In this document: piece by piece, positions 23,789-30,381 of the stretch | How the letters are laid out: each line of letters opens with the position of its first letter | Numbering within the stretch: position 1 is the stretch's first letter | Origin: an uncultured Anaerolineae bacterium | GTDB taxonomy: Bacteria > Chloroflexota > Anaerolineae > VGOG01 | Assembly (NCBI GenBank): GCA_964592085.1 | Contig: CAZQDO010000004.1 | Coordinates: forward strand, 1-33,266 | DNA: 33,266 nucleotides | Direction: 5' to 3' | Made by a program: the position numbers and the translations under genes | The notes under the pieces: model-generated | Databases searched by the model: none | The model's input: only the letters and a program-made list of their open reading frames with translations | Told to the model about the DNA's origin: nothing

Positions 23789-25060
23789 CTATTGCTTCTC
23801 GTAGGGTATGCCGTCGGCTGCCGGTGGGATGGCTCGACCGACGACGCCGGCCAGCACGATCATGGTCACGATGTAGGGAGCCATCAGCAAGAACTCAGAA
23901 GGAATGGGCACGCGCAGGATCTGCAGCTTGATCTGCAAAGAATCGGCGAACCCGAAGATGAGCGAGGAGGCGAAGGCTCCAAAGGGGTTCCACTTGCCGA
24001 AGATCATCGCCGCCAGGCCGATGAAGCCTTTGCCTGCAGTCATGATCTCGTCGAAGCGGCCCACCGAGCCGATGGTGAAGTAGGCCCCGCCAATGCCGGC
24101 CACCACCCCGCTGAGGATGACGTTGACGTAGCGCACCAGGTAGACGTTGATGCCCAGGGTGTCGGCGGCGCGGGGGTGCTCGCCCACGGCGCGGGTACGC
24201 AGCCCCCACGGCGTGTAGAACAGCACCACGTGGATGATCGCGGCCAGGATGAGCGCCAGGTAGACAATGAGCCCGTTCTCAAAGAAGATGGGGCCTAACA
24301 GGGGAATCTTTGACAGGAAGGGAATGGGGATGATGGGGAAAGTGCCGGAGTTGTTCAACCCATCAATGTTCTTCTCCAGGAAGCGGGCGCTGATGAAACT
24401 GGTGGCCCCCGCGGCGAAGATGTTGATGGCCGTGCCACTGACGATCTGATCCACCTTGAAGGAGATGGAAAGCACGGCGTGGACGGCGGCCAGGACGGCT
24501 CCGGTCAGCATGGCCGCCAGAAGCCCGACGTACAGATTGCCGGATATCGTGCCAGCAACTACGGCGGCTAAGGCCGAGAACAACATCATGCCTTCGATGC
24601 CGATGTTGACCACGGCGCACCGTTCGGAGATGACGCCGCACAAAGCAGCCAGGGCAATGGGGGTGGCTCGCACCAGTGAGCTGGCCAGCATCCCCACCAA
24701 GTTAAAGGACTTGCCCCGGGTGGCCCAGGTCAGGAAAGCGGCAATGAAGAGAACAGCTACCACTCCCAACACCGCATCGGTGGAACGAAAGCCGCGCACC
24801 AGTTGCCATGCGCCCAGGATCAGGGTGAGGAGGGCCAGGACATAGATGGTGGGCTGCACCGGGAGAACCAGATCCGGGATCTTGATGGCCTGGGAAACAT
24901 AGCCGGGATTGAGCCCGAATTTGGCCTCCACACCGGGCTCCAGGGACCTCCCGAACAATAGAGGAATAGCCAGGCCGATGACCAGGAACAGAACGCCCAT
25001 CCACCGCCCGCGGTCCATCGAGATGATTCTCGTTTGTGGTTGCACAGTACTGATCGCCAT
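23789..25060 (-). CDS. ABC transporter permease (BPD_transp_2; YufQ/NupQ-like)
   Basis: Polytopic membrane protein. Motifs ISERCAVVNIGIEGMML and RTRAVGEHPRAADTLGINV are typical of the RbsC/branched-chain type permeases that accompany BMP-family binding proteins. Confidence 0.88.
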   Translation of the reverse strand: MAISTVQPQTRIISMDRGRWMGVLFLVIGLAIPLLFGRSLEPGVEAKFGLNPGYVSQAIKIPDLVLPVQPTIYVLALLTLILGAWQLVRGFRSTDAVLGVVAVLFIAAFLTWATRGKSFNLVGMLASSLVRATPIALAALCGVISERCAVVNIGIEGMMLFSALAAVVAGTISGNLYVGLLAAMLTGAVLAAVHAVLSISFKVDQIVSGTAINIFAAGATSFISARFLEKNIDGLNNSGTFPIIPIPFLSKIPLLGPIFFENGLIVYLALILAAIIHVVLFYTPWGLRTRAVGEHPRAADTLGINVYLVRYVNVILSGVVAGIGGAYFTIGSVGRFDEIMTAGKGFIGLAAMIFGKWNPFGAFASSLIFGFADSLQIKLQILRVPIPSEFLLMAPYIVTMIVLAGVVGRAIPPAADGIPYEKQ

Positions 25061-25080
25061 GAAGAATCCTTTCTAATCTA

Positions 25081-25167
25081 AGGGATCGGGGAATCAGACA
25101 ATCAGGGAACTAGGGGATCAGGGATTGCACCCTGGTTTCCCAATTCCCTGATCACTGATCCCTGCAA
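25081..25167. repeat. Short tandem 7-8 nt repeats (AGGGRATC-like) arranged as an imperfect inverted repeat
   Basis: The left side reads AGGGATC GGGGAATC AGACAATC AGGGAACT AGGGGATC AGGGATTG, the loop is CACCCTGGTTTCC, and the right side is CAATTCCC TGATCAC TGATCCC. It is intercistronic, between the two permease genes. Confidence 0.6.
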
Positions 25168-26454
25168 CTAGCTTCCCCATCCTCGTGTCAGCACAATCTC
25201 CTCTTCCCGAGGCATACGGATACGATAGAGCCAACGGATGATGACAGGAGCGGCCACGAAGATGATGATCAGCCCCTGGATGATGGAGATGATGTCAATA
25301 GGGATGCCGGCTATGGACTGCATGCGGGTGGCACCGCTGCGCAGGGTGCCGAACAGCAAGGCTGACACGACGACGCCCAGCGGGTGGCTTTTTCCCAGCA
25401 AGGCCAGGGCAATGGCGTCGAAGCCGTAGCCGGCCGAGAACCCCTGCCCCACCCAGTGATCCGTCCCTAATACCTGCGTGGCTCCAGCCAGTCCCGCCAG
25501 CGCGCCACTGAGGATCATAGCCAGGACGAAGTTCCAGGTGATGTTAATGCCGGCATAGCGGGCTGCGTCGGGGTTGGCCCCCACAGCGCGAATCTCGAAG
25601 CCGATGGTGGTCTTGAATAGCAGCCAATACACCACGGCCGCCACCGCCAGGGCCACGAAGAAGCCAACGTGGAGACGTATTGGGGAAGGAAGTAAACGAG
25701 GTAGCGCTGCAGTCGCCTCGATCTGGGGCGTGAGAGGGCGATAGCCAGGAGCTTTCATGGGACCGTTGAGTAGCCAATCGCTGAAGCGGAAAGCGATCCA
25801 GTTCATCATGATGGTATTGACTACCTCATGGGCTCCGGTGACGGCCTTGAGATAACCAGGGATAGCCCCCCAGAAAGCTCCTCCCAGACCTCCGGCCAGC
25901 AGGGCCAGGGGCAGGTGGATAAACCAGGGCAGGTTGGTGAAGGTGTAGCCGACCCAGGCCGAGCACAGCGCCCCAATAAAGAATTGCCCTTCGACGCCGA
26001 TGTTGAACAGGCCGCAGCGGAATCCCAGAGCCACGGCCAGACCGCTGAGAATGTAGGGCGTCGAAGCGACCAGGCTCTCGGTGATGGGCCAAAGGGATTG
26101 CAACAGAGGCTTGGAGTCCCCGTTGGCCAGATAGGCTTGGAAGCCCTGGTAGATCTCCGACGGATTGCCAATGGATCCCTGGAAGAGGGCGCCGTACGCC
26201 GTCGAGATGGACTTCCAGGTGGCCGAAAGAGCTGTCCCTGGCGCGCTCAGGAAGTTGCGGTACGCGGCTACTACGGTGGCATCGGTGATGACGATGACGA
26301 TGGCTCCGATAACTAGGCCGGTGAACACGGCCAGGGCCGGAACCAGCACTGCCCTAAAGAGGCTTCGCCAGGCTGGCTCCCCTTCGACTGCCTCGGAGAC
26401 TTCGGCCTCAACAGCTTGTTGTTTCCTTTTTTGCTCGTTGCTAGATTGGTCCAA
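25168..26454 (-). CDS. ABC transporter permease (BPD_transp_2; YufP/NupP-like)
   Basis: TTG start at 26454 with AAAGGAG 6 nt upstream. Polytopic, with motifs GLFNIGVEGQF and EIRAVGANPDAARYAGINI. Confidence 0.85.
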   Translation of the reverse strand: MDQSSNEQKRKQQAVEAEVSEAVEGEPAWRSLFRAVLVPALAVFTGLVIGAIVIVITDATVVAAYRNFLSAPGTALSATWKSISTAYGALFQGSIGNPSEIYQGFQAYLANGDSKPLLQSLWPITESLVASTPYILSGLAVALGFRCGLFNIGVEGQFFIGALCSAWVGYTFTNLPWFIHLPLALLAGGLGGAFWGAIPGYLKAVTGAHEVVNTIMMNWIAFRFSDWLLNGPMKAPGYRPLTPQIEATAALPRLLPSPIRLHVGFFVALAVAAVVYWLLFKTTIGFEIRAVGANPDAARYAGINITWNFVLAMILSGALAGLAGATQVLGTDHWVGQGFSAGYGFDAIALALLGKSHPLGVVVSALLFGTLRSGATRMQSIAGIPIDIISIIQGLIIIFVAAPVIIRWLYRIRMPREEEIVLTRGWGS

Positions 26455-26471
26455 GGCTCACTCCTTTCCTG

Positions 26472-28049
26472 TTAAAAAACCCGCTCGACCTCGACCGCCT
26501 CTTCCTCTACGACGGGCGGAGCTACCTCGATAGCTTCTTCTGGCTTGGCTCCAGCCATCAGCAGACCCAGGTACTCCTTGTTGACCCCTGGTCCTGGTAC
26601 AATGTCCATGATCTGGCCCTTATACATCACCGCGATGCGGTCGGACAGGGCGATGATCTCGTCCAGCTCCGGAGAGACCAGCAGCACCGCTGTTCCCTCA
26701 TCCCGCTTCTCGATGATGCGGCCGTGGATGTACTCGATGGAACCCACGTCCAGACCTCGTGTGGGTTGGGAGGCGATGAGCAGCTTGATGGGACGGGAGA
26801 ACTCTCTGGCCACGATGACCTTTTGCTGATTCCCACCGGAAAGATTGGACGCGGGCACGAATACGTTGGGAGTGCGCACGTCAAACTCCTCAACCAGTTC
26901 GCAGGACGTGGCGATGACCGACTCCTCCTGAGTGGCTATGCCTTTGGCAAAGGGCGGCAAGTAGTACGAGCACAACACCAGGTTGTCGTGGACCGGGAAG
27001 CTGAGGATCAGGCCGTGTCGCTGCCGGTCCTCCGGCACGTGGGCTACTCCTTTCTCCAGAATCTTGCGAGGGTTAGCATGGACCAGAGTCTCGCCCAAAA
27101 TGCGTATCTCCCCGCCAGCAATGGGTTGCAGCCCGGTGAGGGCATACACCAGCTCTGTCTGTCCGTTGCCCTGCACGCCGGCGATGCCCAATACCTCTCC
27201 CTCTCTCACCTCGAAAGACATCCCGTTCACCGTCATGTTCTGACGCTCGTCCCGTACCTGCAGGTCTTTGACCTCCAGCACCACATCACCGGGGGAGGCC
27301 GGCTTCTTGCGCACCACCAGGTCCACCTCGCGCCCCACCATCATGGCCGCCAGTTTCAACTCGGTGGTTTCATCCGTCGTGGTGGTGCCCACCACCCGGC
27401 CGTTCCGCAGCACGGTGATGCGGTCGGCCAGGGCCATGACCTCTCTCAGCTTGTGCGTGATGAAAATGATGGACTTGCCCTCAGAGACCAGGGAACGCAG
27501 TACTTCAAAGAGGTCTTCCACTTCCTGAGGAGTGAGCACGGCGGTAGGCTCGTCCAAAATGAGGATGTCGGCCTCGCGGTACAGCACCTTGACGATCTCC
27601 ACCCGCTGCTGTACGCCGACGGGGATGTCTTTGATGTAGGCATCCGGATCCATTTCCAGCCCATGCTGTTGGGAGATTTCCCGGATGCGCTGTTCCACCT
27701 GGACCTGATCAAGGAAGATGCCGTTGCGGGTGGACTCCACACCCAGCATGACGTTCTCTGTGACGGTCATGACGGGAACGAGCATGAAGTGCTGATGCAC
27801 CATGCCGATGCCCTGAGCAATGGCATCGGAGGGGTCCTGGATCTGCACCTCTTGGCCATTGAGTATGATCTGGCCTTCGTCCGGAGTGTAAAGACCGTAC
27901 AGGATGTTCATCAGGGTGGTCTTGCCCGCCCCGTTTTCACCTAACAGGGCGTGGATTTCCCCCTGCTCCAACGTCAGGTCAATACGATCATTGGCCAGCA
28001 CGCCGGGGAAAGCTTTGGTAATGCCGCGCAATTCTAGCACTGGGGGCAT
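26472..28049 (-). CDS. ABC transporter ATP-binding protein with duplicated ATPase domains (YufO/NupO/RbsA-like)
   Basis: Domain 1 has GENGAGKTTLMNIL and ILILDEPTAVL. Domain 2 has GVQGNGQTEL, LSGGNQQKVIVARE and LLIASQPTRGLD. I prefer the ATG at 28049 (GGAGA 6 nt upstream; MPPVLELRGITKAF). The ORF-track start is 28082. Confidence 0.88.
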   Translation of the reverse strand: MPPVLELRGITKAFPGVLANDRIDLTLEQGEIHALLGENGAGKTTLMNILYGLYTPDEGQIILNGQEVQIQDPSDAIAQGIGMVHQHFMLVPVMTVTENVMLGVESTRNGIFLDQVQVEQRIREISQQHGLEMDPDAYIKDIPVGVQQRVEIVKVLYREADILILDEPTAVLTPQEVEDLFEVLRSLVSEGKSIIFITHKLREVMALADRITVLRNGRVVGTTTTDETTELKLAAMMVGREVDLVVRKKPASPGDVVLEVKDLQVRDERQNMTVNGMSFEVREGEVLGIAGVQGNGQTELVYALTGLQPIAGGEIRILGETLVHANPRKILEKGVAHVPEDRQRHGLILSFPVHDNLVLCSYYLPPFAKGIATQEESVIATSCELVEEFDVRTPNVFVPASNLSGGNQQKVIVAREFSRPIKLLIASQPTRGLDVGSIEYIHGRIIEKRDEGTAVLLVSPELDEIIALSDRIAVMYKGQIMDIVPGPGVNKEYLGLLMAGAKPEEAIEVAPPVVEEEAVEVERVF

Positions 28050-28111
28050 ATTCATTCTCCATGATGAGCTTATGATGGCCATTGTGGGCTACTTTAGCCA
28101 ACAATACAGCC

Positions 28112-28140
28112 ATTATAACCTATTTTGTACAAAGGCGCAA
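28112..28140 (-). promoter_or_regulatory. Putative sigma70-type promoter for the ABC importer operon (TTGCGC-17-TATAAT on minus strand)
   Basis: Reverse complement of 28112-28117 is TATAAT, and of 28135-28140 is TTGCGC, with a 17-nt spacer. It lies between the ftsK stop and the ATPase start. Confidence 0.4.
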
Positions 28141-28151
28141 ACCAGGTTCTC

Positions 28152-30317
28152 TCAGTCCTCGGCCGCCTCTCCGCTCAGCACCTCCCGCGAGCGACCAGCC
28201 CCTGCCTCTGGCCCGACGATGCCTTGTTCCTCCAGGAGGTCTATGAGGCGAGCGGCCCGCGAGTAGCCAATGCGTAGCTTCCGCTGTAGGAGGGAGATAG
28301 AGGCCCGATTGTGCTGACGCACCACCGCGATGGCTTCCTCCAGGAGGTCATCTCTCCGGCTGGCTTCCTCTTCTTTGGCTCTCATCTCCTCCCAGAGCGG
28401 TTGCTGGGCCATCTCCTCCGCTCTGTAGAAGCTGAGGGGGAGGCTTGGACCTACCTCCGCTCCCTTCCAGTAATGTACCAGGCGATCCAGTTCCTTATCA
28501 GAGACAAAGCAACCTTGTAGTCTCACCAACTGGCTGGAGTCCGAAGCCATGTAGAGCATGTCGCCCCGTCCCAACAGCCTCTCTGCTCCCACCATGTCCA
28601 AAATCACTCGCGAGTCCACCTGGCTGGTAACGGCGAAGGAGATGCGAGCGGGGAAGTTGGCCTTGATAAGCCCCGTGACGACGTCCACCGAGGGTCTTTG
28701 GGTGGCGATGACCAGGTGGATACCTGTGGCCCGAGCCATCTGGGCGATGCGACAAAGGTGCCGCTCGACTTCATCGTGGGCTATCATCATCAAGTCGGCC
28801 AACTCGTCTACGAAAACCACCATGTAGGGCAGACGACTCTCCCCGCGGGTGGCGGCTCGTTTGTTATACTCCTCAATGTTGCGCACTTCGACACTGGCCA
28901 GCTTTTTGTAACGCTGATCCATTTGCCGCGTGACCCACTGTAAAGAACCCACGACTCGTTCCATATCCACGATCACAGGTGTTATCAGATGAGGAATGCC
29001 GTTGAAGTTGGTCAATTCCACCCGCTTTGGATCTATCATCATCAATTTCAGGTCATCGGGGGTATTATTGCATAGCAGGCAAGCGATGACGGCGTTGATG
29101 CAGACGGATTTGCCCGAGCCGGTTGCCCCGGCGATCAACAGGTGAGGCATGGCTCTTAGATCGGCCACCACTGGCTCGCCAGATACGTCGCGACCCAGGC
29201 CGATGGCTAGCCTGGAATTCAGTTTCTTGAAGGTCTCCGATTCCATCACTCCGCGCAAAGCCACCAGGGTCAATTCGGCATTGGGCACCTCAATGCCCAC
29301 AATGGAGCGGCCAGGCACGGGGGCCACGACGCGGACAGGCGAAGCGGCCAGGGCCAGGGCCAGGTCGTCGGCCAGGGCACTGATCTTCGACACTTTGACC
29401 TTCATGCGCTTCCCCCCGCGCCCTTCGAGGAAGCCCGGTTCGAGGCCAAACTGGGTGATCACCGGCCCCTGGTTGACCTCGACGACCTTGACAGGTACAC
29501 CCAGGCTGACCAGAGTCTCCTCAATGATCTTAACTCGCTTGCGAATCTCTGCCTGGCTGATTTCCTGATCCAGGCTATCTTCCAGGATTTCAGTCACAGG
29601 AGGCAGTCGCCATTCCTGATCACCGCCAATGATGCGGGGCAAGACGGGGCTTCGTACTGAACGGGGAGCGCGGGATGCCTCAGTCGCAGGCTCAGGCGAA
29701 AGAGTCATTGAGGGCCTCGCTTTGCGCCAGTCTCGGAGGCGAGAAAGGCGATTCTGGACGAGATAGCGAAGCCCCATCAGCCTTTCTCTTAGGATCTGAC
29801 CTATCTCGGTAGCGGAAAGGCCAGAGAGCATGATGATGGCTATGATGGCCAGAGCCAGGATGGCAATGTAAGAGCCTAGACGGCCAAAGCTGGCGACCAA
29901 AGCCCGACTCACCAGCCAGCCCAGGGAGCCCCCACCACCCCCCTCAGCAGCCAACGCTCCTGGATCCTCGGCCGAGGAAAGCGCATGGGTCAGGGCCAGG
30001 CTCAGGGTGAAGAGCAGCGCCACCCCCACGACTTTTTCCCAGGCTACTTCCGGCTCGCGATCTGATCCCTTCCTGAGCAGCCAGAACCCTGCTATCCCGA
30101 ACATGATGGGGGTGAGATACGTGCCCCAGCCGAAGACCAATCGCAAGAGGCGCAGCCACCCCTCGGTAAGGGTACCTCGGCTCAGGGCAAGCAGGCTGAG
30201 AAGAGTCAGCAGGGCCAGGGCCAACAAGGCGATGCCCACTCTGTCCGCTCGCAGCAGTTCAGAGAGATTGATGCGGGGGCCTGTTTTCTTTTTCGTAGAT
30301 CGTTTTCGTCTTGCCAT
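28152..30317 (-). CDS. ftsK: DNA translocase FtsK/SpoIIIE
   Basis: Basic N-terminus plus 4 TM segments and a linker. The motor domain has Walker A GATGSGKSV and Walker B VVFVDELADLMM. The C-terminal gamma winged-helix is ASISLLQRKLRIGYSRAARLIDLLEEQGIVGP. Confidence 0.95.
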   Translation of the reverse strand: MARRKRSTKKKTGPRINLSELLRADRVGIALLALALLTLLSLLALSRGTLTEGWLRLLRLVFGWGTYLTPIMFGIAGFWLLRKGSDREPEVAWEKVVGVALLFTLSLALTHALSSAEDPGALAAEGGGGGSLGWLVSRALVASFGRLGSYIAILALAIIAIIMLSGLSATEIGQILRERLMGLRYLVQNRLSRLRDWRKARPSMTLSPEPATEASRAPRSVRSPVLPRIIGGDQEWRLPPVTEILEDSLDQEISQAEIRKRVKIIEETLVSLGVPVKVVEVNQGPVITQFGLEPGFLEGRGGKRMKVKVSKISALADDLALALAASPVRVVAPVPGRSIVGIEVPNAELTLVALRGVMESETFKKLNSRLAIGLGRDVSGEPVVADLRAMPHLLIAGATGSGKSVCINAVIACLLCNNTPDDLKLMMIDPKRVELTNFNGIPHLITPVIVDMERVVGSLQWVTRQMDQRYKKLASVEVRNIEEYNKRAATRGESRLPYMVVFVDELADLMMIAHDEVERHLCRIAQMARATGIHLVIATQRPSVDVVTGLIKANFPARISFAVTSQVDSRVILDMVGAERLLGRGDMLYMASDSSQLVRLQGCFVSDKELDRLVHYWKGAEVGPSLPLSFYRAEEMAQQPLWEEMRAKEEEASRRDDLLEEAIAVVRQHNRASISLLQRKLRIGYSRAARLIDLLEEQGIVGPEAGAGRSREVLSGEAAED

Positions 30318-30323
30318 GTTTCT

Positions 30324-30372
30324 CAGTTACCAGTAGTCAGTCATCAGTGATCGGTGTTTACTGGTCACTGAT
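30324..30372. repeat. Heptanucleotide tandem repeat (CAGTNNN x4 then degenerate) with embedded hairpin
   Basis: CAGTTAC CAGTAGT CAGTCAT CAGTGAT CGGTGTT TACTGGT CACTGAT. ATCAGTGA and TCACTGAT form inverted arms. It is intergenic, between the beta-helix protein stop and the ftsK start. Confidence 0.65.
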
Positions 30373-30381
30373 ACCTGGATA

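Noticed and set aside
26724-27944. A 406-aa ORF on the plus strand opposite the ABC ATPase gene
   Set aside because: It has no recognisable domain and an H/G/L/D/V-rich composition mirroring antisense codons. The minus-strand frame has two complete Walker A, signature and Walker B sets.
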